Source: Alphaproteobacteria bacterium (lineage in GTDB: Bacteria; Pseudomonadota; Alphaproteobacteria; GCA-2731375). Taken from it: a DNA stretch of 64,000 nucleotides. The notes below the pieces were generated by a model. It was not told where the DNA came from. It made no database searches and saw nothing but the letters and a program-made list of their open reading frames with translations. Positions 11,186 to 20,762 of this stretch are shown here, piece by piece. The translations under genes were made by a program, and so were the position numbers. The DNA lies in contig CBDDPY010000002.1 of the NCBI GenBank assembly GCA_965232515.1, forward strand, positions 1 to 64,000, given 5' to 3'. How positions within the stretch are numbered: position 1 is the first letter of the stretch; each line of letters opens with the position of its first letter.

Positions 11186-12117
11186 AGCATCACGATCTCG
11201 CACGGCTCGCTGTGCGGTTTGTCGTCGCCGTCCTGCCAGAGCCAGTAGGTCAGCTGCTCCTCGGCGTTGACCGCGACCACGCGGTGCTGGCCGTCGCGGT
11301 CGATGGCGTGCAGCGTGATGCGCGAGATCAGCCCGCCCTTCAGGCGGCGCAGATCGTCGATGGCCTCGTCCACGGCGTCATGCAGCGACATGCCGGTTTT
11401 CATATAGAGCACGATGGCGCGCGCGGTGCCGGCGCGGATCGCCATCTCGCCGGTGCCGGTGCAGGCCGCGGCGCCGTGCGCCGTGTCGGCATAGGCGCCG
11501 GCGCCGACCACCGGGCTGTCGCCCAGCCGGCCCGGATACTTCCAGGCCCAGCCCGATGTGCTGACGCCGGCCATGATCTCGGATCTGGCATCGAGCGTCA
11601 GGAACACCGTGGTGTCCTTGCCTTTTTCCGGGTCGATCGCCTGCTGGCAGAGCTCGGCCAGCGGGATGTCGGGCCAGGCTTCCAGATCGGCGCCGGTGAC
11701 GTTCCGGTCGCGCCACTCGCGCCAGACCCGCGCCGAGTCCTCGATCAGATTGTCGGTGGTCTCGGCGCCGATCTCATGCGCGAAGCGGGCCGCGCCCTCG
11801 CCGACCAGAAGCTCGTGCGGCAGCCGTTCCATGACCTGACGGGCGATCGAGATCGGATGCAGAAATCCCTGCAGCGCGCCGACCGCCCCGGTGCGGAAGG
11901 TGTTGCCGTCGATCATCGCCGCGTCCAGCTCGACCTCGCCCAGAAGGTTCGGCCAGCCGCCGCGCCCGACGGTGCGGATCGAGGTGTCGGCCTCGACCAG
12001 CCGGATACCGGCCTCGATCGCATCCAGGCCGCCATGGCCCTCGGCCAGCAGCGCCGCAGTGCGCCCCACGCCCGGCGTGCCTTCCGAATTGGTGACGAGA
12101 ATCATAAACCACTCCAT
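11182..12117 (-). CDS. Ntn-hydrolase, isoaspartyl peptidase/L-asparaginase type 2 (glycosylasparaginase-like)
   Basis: VGRGGWPN..GEVELDA, DTT cleavage/nucleophile site, STSGWAWKYPGRLGDSP, CTGTGE. Confidence 0.88.
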   Translation of the reverse strand: MEWFMILVTNSEGTPGVGRTAALLAEGHGGLDAIEAGIRLVEADTSIRTVGRGGWPNLLGEVELDAAMIDGNTFRTGAVGALQGFLHPISIARQVMERLPHELLVGEGAARFAHEIGAETTDNLIEDSARVWREWRDRNVTGADLEAWPDIPLAELCQQAIDPEKGKDTTVFLTLDARSEIMAGVSTSGWAWKYPGRLGDSPVVGAGAYADTAHGAAACTGTGEMAIRAGTARAIVLYMKTGMSLHDAVDEAIDDLRRLKGGLISRITLHAIDRDGQHRVVAVNAEEQLTYWLWQDGDDKPHSEPCEIVML

Positions 12118-12183
12118 TCCCCGGCTGACGATATGCGTGGCCGCAATGGACCGGCTAATCGCCGCAAGGTCAATGGCAATCGG

Positions 12184-12924
12184 TCATTGCAGCCGGTCGA
12201 TGAAAGTCCGCAGCCGCGCCGCGTCACGTGGGGCGTGGCCCTTCTGGTCGTTGTCGAAATAGCCGTAGACCTCGCGGCCGTCGGCCAGCCAGGCGGTCAT
12301 GCGCGCGGCCCAGTCCGCCAGCCGATCGTCCGAATAGCTGCCCTGATAGGCCGCGCCGGGGCCATGCAGCCGGACGTAGACGAAGTCCGCGGTCGGCTGC
12401 TCGGGCGACTGCCGGCCGGCCAGATCGAACAGGCAGAGCGCGGCGTTGCGGGCGGCGAGCGCCGCGAAGACCTCATCCGTGTGCCAGCTTTGGTCGCGAA
12501 ACTCGAACGCCGCCCGGCAGGTCGCCGGCAGCAGGTCAAGGAAGTCGCGCAGCCGTTGCGGGTTGACGCGCCAGCGCGGCGGCAACTGGAACAGCACCGG
12601 CCCGAGCTTGTCGCCCAGAACCCCGACCACGTCCAGGAACCGCGCCAGGCTGTCGGCCGGGTCCTTCAATTTCTTCATATGGGTGATGTAGCGGTTGGCC
12701 TTGCAGGCGAAGACGAAGCCGGGCGGCGTCAGGTCGCGCCAGTGCGCCACGATCTCGGGCGTCGGCAGGCGATAGAAGCTGCTGTTGATCTCGACCGTGT
12801 CGAAACTGGCGGCGTAGCGTTCGAGAAATGTCGCCGGCGCGGCGCCCGGCGGATAGAACGGTCCGACCCAGTGGCGGTAGTGCCAGCCCGACGTGCCGAT
12901 GTGGATCTTGGGCAGGGCGGTCAT
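12184..12924 (-). CDS. DUF72 (YecE-like) family protein
   Basis: IGTSGWHY, TVEINSSFYRLP, LFQLPP, FEFRD.SW, YVRLHG, YFDND. Confidence 0.92.
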   Translation of the reverse strand: MTALPKIHIGTSGWHYRHWVGPFYPPGAAPATFLERYAASFDTVEINSSFYRLPTPEIVAHWRDLTPPGFVFACKANRYITHMKKLKDPADSLARFLDVVGVLGDKLGPVLFQLPPRWRVNPQRLRDFLDLLPATCRAAFEFRDQSWHTDEVFAALAARNAALCLFDLAGRQSPEQPTADFVYVRLHGPGAAYQGSYSDDRLADWAARMTAWLADGREVYGYFDNDQKGHAPRDAARLRTFIDRLQ

Positions 12925-12950
12925 GTCCGCGTCAAGTCTGCCGGAATACG

Positions 12951-12978
12951 AAACGGGCGCCGGTTACCCGGCGCCCGT
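12951..12978 (-). terminator. intrinsic terminator after dctP copy A
   Basis: acgggcgccgg-ttac-ccggcgcccgt hairpin followed by a short T run on the minus strand. Confidence 0.6.
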
Positions 12979-13019
12979 CCGTCACAACGTTGGCGCGGTC
13001 GGCCCGCACCAATGCTCTT

Positions 13020-13970
13020 TTATTGATAGGTCGGCTTCAGGGCCTGCGCCTCGCCCCACAGCTTGTACTGTTCGCGGAAGCCGAAGTAGCTGTCGGCGAC
13101 CTTCTTGAACAGCGGGTCCTTCGCCGACTGTTCCTCGACCACTTCCAGCCAGGCCGTCTCGAGCACCTTCAGGGTCTCGTCCGGCCAACGCCGGTTGGTG
13201 ACGCCGTACTTGGTCTTCATCTCCAGCATGGCCTGGAAGTTCTGGGCTTCCGTTTCGGCATACATGTGCGCCACTGAATCGCGGGCGGCGATTTCGATAA
13301 AGGCCTGATGCTGGTCGCTCAGCTCGTTAAACTTGCCCCGGTTCATCAGCAGCTCGCCGACCGAGACCTGCTGGTGCCAGCCCGGGTAATAGTTGTTCTT
13401 GGCGATCTCGTAGAAGCCGAGCGCGATGTCGATCGTCGGCATCGAGAACTCGGTCGCGTCGATCACGCCACGCTCCAGCGCCGGATAGATGTCCGCGCCG
13501 GCCAGCAGTTGGGTCGAGACGCCGACCTTCTGCATGACCTGGGCGCCGAGACCGAAGAAACGCATCTTCAGACCTTTCAGCTCGTCGAGCGATTTCACCT
13601 CGCCCTTGAACCAGCCCGAGGTCTCGGGGCCGATGGCCTGGGTGTCGAGCGCGAAGAGGTCGTGCTGGGCGTAGATCTCGTCACGCAGCTCCTGCCCGCC
13701 GCCAAACCACTTCCAGGCCAGGAACTCGCCGAAGCCCGGACCGAACGGCACGGCGGTAAAGAACGCCAGCGCCGGATACTTGCCGGTGTGATAGCCCGGC
13801 GTGGTCCAGCACGACTCGAGCGCCGCCTTGGAGACCGAATCGAAGCACTCCAGCGCCGGCACCAGCGCTCCCGGCTCGAAGAACTTCAGTTCCAGGCTGC
13901 CGCCGGAAAGCCGCTCGATGTTCTCCGAGAATCGGACGCCGCCCTTGCCGATATGCGGCAGCGAGCTGCC
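13020..13970 (-). pseudogene. TRAP substrate-binding protein DctP, copy A; 5'-truncated as assembled
   Basis: GSSLPHIGKGGVRFSENIERLSGG...KFFEPGALVP...GLKMRFFGLG...YPALERGVIDATEF...YYPGWHQ; no start codon, RBS or signal peptide before the junction near 13963. Confidence 0.8.
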
Positions 13971-14891
13971 GCACCTCGGCACTCGAAGAACGTCAAGGAC
14001 ATGACCGACGGCAGGCTCGACATCAAGTTCTTCGAGCCGGGCGCGCTGGTGCCGGCGTTGGAGTGCTTCGATTCGGTCTCCAAGGCGGCGCTCGAGTCGT
14101 GCTGGACCACGCCGGGCTATCACACCGGCAAGTATCCGGCGCTGGCGTTCTTTACCGCCGTGCCGTTCGGCCCGGGCTTCGGCGAGTTCATGGCCTGGAA
14201 GTGGTTTGGCGGCGGACAGGATCTGCGTGACGAGATCTATGCCCAGCACGACCTGATCGCGTTCGACAGCTTCGCGATCGGCCCGGAGACCTCGGGCTGG
14301 TTCAAGAGCGAGGTGAACTCGCTGGACGAGCTGAAAGGTCTGAAGATGCGCTTCTTCGGCCTCGGCGCCCAGGTTATGCAGAAGGTCGGCGTTTCGACCC
14401 AGTTGCTGGCCGGCGCGGACATCTATCCGGCGCTGGAGCGTGGCGTGATCGACGCGACCGAGTTCTCGATGCCGACCATCGACATCGCGCTCGGCTTCCA
14501 CGAGATCGCCAAGAACAACTACTACCCGGGCTGGCACCAGCAGGTTTCGGTCAGCGAGATGCTGATGAACCGCGGCAAGTTCAACGAGCTGAGCGACGCT
14601 CACAAGGCGATCATCCGTGTCGCCCTCGGCGACAGCGTCAGCCACACCTATGCCGAGACCGAAGCGAAGAACTTCGGCGCCATGCTCGAGATGAAGTCGA
14701 AGTACGGCGTCACCAACCGGCGCTGGCCGGACTCGACCCTGAAGGTGCTCGAGACCGCGTGGCTGGAAGTCGTGGAAGAGCAGTCCGCGAAGGACCCGCT
14801 GTTCAAGAAGGTGGCCGAGAGCTACTTCGCCTTCCGTGCGCAGTACAAGCTCTGGGGCGATGCGCAGTCCCTGAAGCCGACTTACCAATAA
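13957..14891 (+). pseudogene. TRAP substrate-binding protein DctP, copy B; 5'-truncated and frameshifted as assembled
   Basis: GSELPHLGT, then 16 nt missing relative to copy A, then SKNVKDMTDGRLDIKFFEPG...LKPTYQ; only an internal ATG (14001), no signal peptide. Confidence 0.8.
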
Positions 14892-14948
14892 GAAGTCAAA
14901 GCGAACGCAACGCGTCGAAAGAGAAACGCAGACGGAACTGAAATAAAC

Positions 14949-14975
14949 GCTGGAGCCGGCCTAGCCGGCTCCAGC
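14949..14975. terminator. perfect hairpin after dctP copy B
   Basis: gctggagccggc-cta-gccggctccagc 12-bp stem with AT-rich flanks; the U-tract is better on the minus strand. Confidence 0.55.
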
Positions 14976-15230
14976 AATATCTTTGCCGTCGTTCGCCAAG
15001 AACGGTAACATTCGGTCCAAAATCCGGTCGGGGGTCGTGCCGGTAAGGACCGTCGTCTGGGGAGGAGTGGATGACATTCTGGGAAGACGTGATCACCGCA
15101 GCTGTTGCGTTGAGCGCCTCTCGCGCCAGGCGTCGGCACCGCCTTGCCCGGCGAGCCGCTTAACCTGCCCGCCGAATTGCTGTTGGACTCGGGCTAGACA
15201 ACAACCCATCAGATATCTGCGGGTGGTCAC

Positions 15231-16610
15231 ATGGAAGAGTTAATCTGGCTGCTACAGGATTTCCTGCCAATCCTCATGTTTTTGACGTTGGCATGTCTCC
15301 TGTTCAGCGGCTATCCCGTCGCCTTCATCCTCGGCGGCCTGGCGCTGCTTTACGGTTTCCTGGGCTATCTGCTCGGCGTTTTCTCACTGATCGAATTCTT
15401 TAACTTCTTGCCGCGCATCTGGGGAGGCGCGGCGGAGAACCTTGTCCTCGTTGCCGTGCCAACATTCGTCTTTATGGGCGTCATGATGGAACGCAGCGGC
15501 GTCGCCAACGACATGCTGTATTGCTGTCAGGTGCTGTTGAAGCGCGTGCCCGGCGGTCTGGCGCTGTCGGTGACGGTGATGGGCACCATCCTGGCGGCGA
15601 TGACCGGGATCATCGGCGCCTCTGTGACGATGATGACGGCGCTGGCGCTGCCGACCATGCTGAAGCAACGTTACAGCCACGGCATCGCAACGGGCGTGAT
15701 CGCGGCCTCCGGCACGCTCGGCATTCTCATACCGCCCAGCATCATGCTGATCATCATGGCCGACCTGCTGTCGGTCTCGGTCGGCAACCTGTTCATGGCC
15801 GCGCTGATGCCGGGCCTCTGCCTCGCCGGCCTCTACCTGATCTTCATTGTTGCGGCTGCGAGCATCAACAAGGAGATCGCGCCGCCGTTGCCGCCCGATA
15901 TGCTGAACGTGCCGCGCAACGAACTGCCGCCGCTGATCTTCAAGAGCTTCCTGCCGCCGGTGTTCCTGATCGCCTTGATCAAGGGCTCGATCCTGCTCGG
16001 CTGGGCCACGCCCAGCGAGGCGGGCGCTGTCGGGGCCTTCGGCGCCATGGTGCTGGCGGCCATCAACCGCCGCCTGAAGTGGACCGTGCTGCGCGGCGTC
16101 TGTCATTCCTCGGGCCTGACCATCGCCTTCATCTTCTTCATCATCATCAGCGCGACCTGCTTCGCTTACGTGTTCCGGTCGCTCGGCGGCGACGACATCG
16201 CCGAGGAGTTGATCGCGGCCGCCGGCCTCGGTTCCTGGGGCCTTCTGTTCCTGATCATGGGCATCGTCTTCGCGCTCGGCTTCTTCCTCGACTGGATCGA
16301 GATCACGCTGATCGTGCTGCCGATCTTCGCGCCGTTGATCGGCACGCTCGACTTTGGCGACCACGTGCCGGCCGGCGGCATGGTGTTCTGGTTCACGGTG
16401 CTGATTGCCATCAATCTGCAGACGTCGTTCCTGACCCCGCCATTCGGCTTTGCCTTGTTCTATCTCAAGGGAATCGCGCCGAAAGAGATCAAGATTCAAA
16501 GCATCTACAAGGGCATCATCCCGTTCGTGATCCTGCAGCTCATCGCGCTGGCCGGGGTCATCTACTTCCCGCAGATCGCGTTATGGCTGCCGGGCATGGT
16601 GTACGAGTAG
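15231..16610 (+). CDS. TRAP transporter large permease DctM
   Basis: GYPVAF, LVAVPTFVFMG, ASGTLGILIPPSI, ATPSEA, QTSFLTPPFGFALFYL. Confidence 0.93.
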   Translation: MEELIWLLQDFLPILMFLTLACLLFSGYPVAFILGGLALLYGFLGYLLGVFSLIEFFNFLPRIWGGAAENLVLVAVPTFVFMGVMMERSGVANDMLYCCQVLLKRVPGGLALSVTVMGTILAAMTGIIGASVTMMTALALPTMLKQRYSHGIATGVIAASGTLGILIPPSIMLIIMADLLSVSVGNLFMAALMPGLCLAGLYLIFIVAAASINKEIAPPLPPDMLNVPRNELPPLIFKSFLPPVFLIALIKGSILLGWATPSEAGAVGAFGAMVLAAINRRLKWTVLRGVCHSSGLTIAFIFFIIISATCFAYVFRSLGGDDIAEELIAAAGLGSWGLLFLIMGIVFALGFFLDWIEITLIVLPIFAPLIGTLDFGDHVPAGGMVFWFTVLIAINLQTSFLTPPFGFALFYLKGIAPKEIKIQSIYKGIIPFVILQLIALAGVIYFPQIALWLPGMVYE

Positions 16611-16620
16611 GGAGGGAACG

Positions 16621-17346
16621 ATGGCGACGCAAAACACTGTCGATGAATATGCCGGCAACGAAACCAACGCGCTGATCCGCCTAAGCCTGTTTCTGCGCAA
16701 GTTCGTCGAGTGGTTCGGCAAGACCGGCTCCTGGTTCATCGTGCCGCTGGTCCTGATCACCATGTGGGACGTGACCTCGCGCAAGATCGTCTGGATCCAG
16801 ATCTGGCTGGTCGAGAATGTCGGCAGCATCTTCGAATCGACCCTGCTGCAGGAGATGGAGTGGCATTTGCACACGGCGCTGTTCGCGCTCGTGCTGGGTT
16901 ATGGCTATGTTTATAACCGCCACGTCCGGGTTGATCTGGTCCGCGAACGGTTGCCCCTGCGCAAGCAGGCCTGGATCGAGTTCCTGGGCTGTACGTTCTT
17001 CATGATCCCGTACTGCCTGATCGTCAGCTACTTCGCCATCGACTTCGCCTACAAGTCGTGGGAGGTGAACGAGATTTCGGCCTCCCAGGTGGGGCTGACG
17101 CACCGCTGGATCATCAAGAGCGTCCTGGTCTGGGGCCTGATCCTGGCGGCCCTCGCGGGCATCGCCGTCTGGATCCAGACCGTGCTGGTGCTGTTTGGGC
17201 CCAAGCATCTGCGGTTCCAGTTGATGACGCTGGAATGGCCGGACGAAGCCGACGAGAAGCGGATCGAGGTCGATTGGGAGAACAAGGAGATCCCGAGGGG
17301 CCAGGCCGCGCACAAGGACATCCCGACCGGCGGCGCCGGCGGTTGA
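16621..17346 (+). CDS. TRAP transporter small permease DctQ
   Basis: QEMEWHL, HVRVDL, about 4 TM segments; GGAGGG RBS. Confidence 0.9.
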   Translation: MATQNTVDEYAGNETNALIRLSLFLRKFVEWFGKTGSWFIVPLVLITMWDVTSRKIVWIQIWLVENVGSIFESTLLQEMEWHLHTALFALVLGYGYVYNRHVRVDLVRERLPLRKQAWIEFLGCTFFMIPYCLIVSYFAIDFAYKSWEVNEISASQVGLTHRWIIKSVLVWGLILAALAGIAVWIQTVLVLFGPKHLRFQLMTLEWPDEADEKRIEVDWENKEIPRGQAAHKDIPTGGAGG

Positions 17347-17394
17347 ACCATCGCGCATCGCCGCCCGGCGGAGATCCGTCGGGACCGATATGAC

Positions 17395-17423
17395 AAGAGG
17401 CCGGCCATTGCGCCGGCCTCTTT
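17395..17423 (+). terminator. intrinsic terminator
   Basis: aagaggccggc-cattgc-gccggcctctt stem ending in ttt. Confidence 0.65.
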
Positions 17424-17567
17424 GATTCCGACCTCGCGAGATCGTGATGTGAGTTAACGGATGCCGCCGCTGCCGGATTGTGTCACCATTTTGAATAACC
17501 GGTCCGACAACCCGTTCGGCCGGCGGATGGGAGATTGCGAATACACGGCGAAGAGGAGGTGTGTGGT

Positions 17568-18386
17568 ATGCGCGTGCAGATCCGAAAGTTCACGATCGCC
17601 GGACTGGGCCTGGCGGCGCTGTTCGGCCTCGGTGCCGGCGGCGCGTCGGCGGCGCCGCAGGCCCTGGCGCTGGTCGCGACCAACGGCGAGGTGCAGCTGA
17701 ATTGCGAAGCCGGCCATTGCAGCGCCGAGTTCTCGACCTTTTGCCTGCAGCCCAATCGCCTTTCGCCGATCCGCGGCACGGCGTATGAGCTGGCCGACGC
17801 CGGGGATGTCACGGTGACGGCCAAGACGCAAGACGGCCGGTCGCTGTCGCTGCCGGCGCCCGAGGTGCTTTCATTCACATCGGCGCGAAATCATGTGGCG
17901 ATGCGCGTCGACGTGTTGCCCGATCGGATCGAACAGCTCGGGCTCACCTCGGTGTCCGTTACCGTCGGCGAAAACGTGACGGTCGTGCCGACGCCGCGCG
18001 CCGGCGACGGCGATCCGATCGGCGAAGCGGAATTCGCCATCGCCACCGGTCCCCTGCGCGCCCTCGGCAGCAGAATTGTCGACAACAACCGCGAGCGCAT
18101 GGCCGCCGCCCGGCTGACCAGCAAGCTGATCAATACGCTGCCCACCGCCGACGACCGGCGGGCCGGCGCGGCGCGTGAGCTCTGGAACCGCACCGTGACG
18201 GCGGCCCAGACAAATGCGCTCTATACCGTGGGCGAGAAGATCGCCAAGCGCGCCGTCGACCTCTGCGACTTCGCGGTCCAACGCAAGATGTACGGCAGCC
18301 TGCGCCGTTGCCTGCAGTCCGAGCATGATGTTCTGGTCAACATCATGAACCAGGACTATTGGAAGGCGGTCAAGACCGGCAGTTGA
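17568..18386 (+). CDS. secreted hypothetical protein with five cysteines
   Basis: AGGAGG RBS; Sec-type signal peptide ending ASA; CEAGHC...FCLQP and C-terminal LCDF...RCLQ. Confidence 0.75.
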   Translation: MRVQIRKFTIAGLGLAALFGLGAGGASAAPQALALVATNGEVQLNCEAGHCSAEFSTFCLQPNRLSPIRGTAYELADAGDVTVTAKTQDGRSLSLPAPEVLSFTSARNHVAMRVDVLPDRIEQLGLTSVSVTVGENVTVVPTPRAGDGDPIGEAEFAIATGPLRALGSRIVDNNRERMAAARLTSKLINTLPTADDRRAGAARELWNRTVTAAQTNALYTVGEKIAKRAVDLCDFAVQRKMYGSLRRCLQSEHDVLVNIMNQDYWKAVKTGS

Positions 18387-18406
18387 CGGCCGATTTGTCG
18401 CGATCG

Positions 18407-19390
18407 ATGGGGGCGGCGGTTTCGGCCGCCCCCATTCGTCGTCCTGCTCCGTGGCGACATCATGTTCTTGTGCCGTTGACCGTCGCCGGCCTGTTCCTGG
18501 CGGCGCCGGCCACGGCGCAGCTGGGCGGCGATGCCGAGCGTTGCGTCGCCCGTTCCGGCAGTCCCCAACTCGATATCGATACCTGCAGCCAGGCGATTCG
18601 CGCCGGCGGGCTCGAGCCCGTGAGCCTGGCGACGGTCTATCAGATGCGGGGGCGCGCCTTTAACGACTACGGCCTGCACGAGCTTGCGGCGCGCGACTTT
18701 GATGCGGCCATCGAGCTCAATCCCGGATCGGCCGAAGCTTTCAACGGCCGTGGCCTGGCGCGACACCATCTCGGCGCCTACGAGGCGGCAATCGACGATT
18801 ACGGCGTCGCGCTGCGCCTGTTCCCGCGCTATGCAAGGGCCTACCGCAACCGCGGCGTCAGCCATCATTTCGCCGGCGCGCTCGACCTTGCGGTCGCGGA
18901 CTACGGCGCGGCGCAGCGATCGGATCCGAACGATCCCGCTGCTTATGCGCTGCGGGGATTGAGCCACTACCATCGCGGCGAATTTGCCGCCGCCGCCGCC
19001 GACCTCGCCGCGGCGCTTTCGCTGCAATATCCCTACGATCAGGGGCCGCTGTTCCTCTATCTCGCCCGGACACGGGCCGGACGGGACGGCCGGGCAGACT
19101 TGGCAATGACGGCGACGGCCTTCGAGCCGCCGGTCTGGCCGGCTCCGTTGTTCGAGCTGTTCCTCGGCCGGAGCGCGCCCGATGACGTGCTGGCCGCCGC
19201 GATGTCGGCGGAACCGAAGTTTCGCGACGAACGGCTGCGCGAGGCGCGTTATTTTCTCGGCCAGCAGGCTCTGATCGAGAACCGGCCCGCCGCCGCCATC
19301 GCCTGGTTCCAGGCGGTGATCGACACCGACATGTCGGTGAACTTCGACGTCCTGGGCGCTCGGGCCGAGTTGGCGCGCCTTCGGCCATGA
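18407..19390 (+). CDS. tetratricopeptide-repeat protein (NlpI-like), probably exported
   Basis: Repeated TPR units (AFNGRG, AYRNRG, AYALRG), WPAPL..LFLG and EARYFLG as in NlpI-like C-termini; start uncertain. Confidence 0.8.
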   Translation: MGAAVSAAPIRRPAPWRHHVLVPLTVAGLFLAAPATAQLGGDAERCVARSGSPQLDIDTCSQAIRAGGLEPVSLATVYQMRGRAFNDYGLHELAARDFDAAIELNPGSAEAFNGRGLARHHLGAYEAAIDDYGVALRLFPRYARAYRNRGVSHHFAGALDLAVADYGAAQRSDPNDPAAYALRGLSHYHRGEFAAAAADLAAALSLQYPYDQGPLFLYLARTRAGRDGRADLAMTATAFEPPVWPAPLFELFLGRSAPDDVLAAAMSAEPKFRDERLREARYFLGQQALIENRPAAAIAWFQAVIDTDMSVNFDVLGARAELARLRP

Positions 19391-19404
19391 GTTAGATTGC
19401 CGCC

Positions 19405-19848
19405 ATGGACTGGCATAACTTCATAAAGAAATACGTCTGGGACGAGAATAAAACGCCCTATTTTACCCGTGTCGACAAGCTGACGCAGGAGCAGGCGCGC
19501 AACGAGTCCTTCATCTATACGGTCGTGATTTGCACGGTGGCGGTCGTCGCCGCCTTGTTCGCCGTCGCCAGCGCCAGCCGGCAGCCCGACGTTATTCTTG
19601 TGCTGGCCGCCGCCTATGCCGTCAGCGTCGGCGTCAGCGCCGTGCTGTTCGGCTTCCGCAAACATGTCTACGCCGCCATCTACTGCATGACGGCGCCGGT
19701 CGCGGCGTTTCTCTATTTCCTGGCCGCGGGCTTCCATCCGAACCTGCACACCGTCGATCACATCGTGCTGACGGTCTGCATGCTGCTCTGGCTGCGCTAT
19801 TCGCTACGCGTCGTCGCGATCGCCAAGGCCTACCCGCACATGCCGTAG
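19405..19848 (+). CDS. hypothetical membrane protein (about 4 TM)
   Basis: KYVWDENKTPY N-terminus followed by hydrophobic segments; genome-like codon usage. Confidence 0.7.
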   Translation: MDWHNFIKKYVWDENKTPYFTRVDKLTQEQARNESFIYTVVICTVAVVAALFAVASASRQPDVILVLAAAYAVSVGVSAVLFGFRKHVYAAIYCMTAPVAAFLYFLAAGFHPNLHTVDHIVLTVCMLLWLRYSLRVVAIAKAYPHMP

Positions 19849-20014
19849 CACGGCGACGTTCCGCAGGTTCAAGATCGAACGAGACTATTCGAGGCCGCGA
19901 CCGCGGCCCGCCGGCTCATCCGGCCCGTCCTCCGCAGCAGCGGCGCTGCCGCTGCGGAGGGTGGACGCGCCCGCGCAGGCGCGGACCGTCAGGTCCGCTG
20001 CCGTGAGCGCAAAA

Positions 20015-20713
20015 TCAAGCGCTGCGCAGGTAGGGCGGCAGCGAGCCGAGATGGTCCTCGACGCCCTTGACGCCGGGATACTGCTCGGCCGCCAGCACGA
20101 TCGCCCGGCGTTCCTCTTCCGAATCGACCCAACCCCAGAGCTGGACGATGCCGCCGTCGACGATCAGGTTCAGGCTGCCGGACGACACCCAGCCCTGGCT
20201 CTCCAGCTGCTCGGTCAACTTCTCGCGGATCGTGCGATCGTCGGCCGACGGCGTCGCCGGCGCGGCTTCCTTGCTGGCGGCCAGCCCATGCAGCAGGTTG
20301 GCGCGGCTGACGATGCCGACGACCTTGCCGTCACGCACCACCGGTACCCGCTTGATCCGGTGCTTCTCCAGTGTCGCGGCGATCTCGCCGACGGTCGCGG
20401 TCTCGGAGACGCTGACGACGTTCCTGGTCATCACATCGGCCGCGCTGGTGCCATGGCTCTTGACGTACTCGGCGGCTGTTTCGCGGTTGTTGGCCAATAA
20501 ATCCAGCCACCAGGAACTGTGGCGTTCGGTCTCCAGCTCTGGCCGGCGCAACAGATCGCCTTCGCTGACCACGCCGACCAGCATGCCGCCGGTATCGGTC
20601 ACCGGCACGCCGCTGATGCTCTTGTCGATCAGCAGTTTCGCGATATCGCTAACGCTGGTTTCCGGCGTGACCGTCGCCACGTTGGTCGTCATGATGTCTT
20701 TCGCCTGCATCAC
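20015..20713 (-). CDS. CBS-pair plus BON domain protein
   Basis: AKDIMTT, ISGVPV, GVVSEGDLL, IKRVPVV, GIVSRANLL; C-terminal V..GIVQLWG...PGVKGVEDHL. Confidence 0.9.
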   Translation of the reverse strand: MMQAKDIMTTNVATVTPETSVSDIAKLLIDKSISGVPVTDTGGMLVGVVSEGDLLRRPELETERHSSWWLDLLANNRETAAEYVKSHGTSAADVMTRNVVSVSETATVGEIAATLEKHRIKRVPVVRDGKVVGIVSRANLLHGLAASKEAAPATPSADDRTIREKLTEQLESQGWVSSGSLNLIVDGGIVQLWGWVDSEEERRAIVLAAEQYPGVKGVEDHLGSLPPYLRSA

Positions 20714-20762
20714 TTATCCTTTCGCGAACACGCAGATCGACGACTGCACCTGGACGGCGACG

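Noticed and set aside
13020-14891. Long ORFs 13020..14888 (-, 622 aa) and 13308..14891 (+, 527 aa) as real fusion proteins
   Set aside because: Their N-terminal halves are the stop-free antisense frame of the opposite dctP copy, as is common in high-GC genes; there is no RBS or signal peptide.
13020-14891. Recombinase-driven shufflon or invertase switch
   Set aside because: No site-specific recombinase gene, no short crossover repeats and no constant 5' region are visible in the window.
15071-15163. 30-codon ORF (MTFWEDVITAAVAL...) after GGAGGAG between dctP and dctM
   Set aside because: RBS spacing is short, the Arg-rich tail is typical of spurious GC-rich ORFs, and there is no other support.
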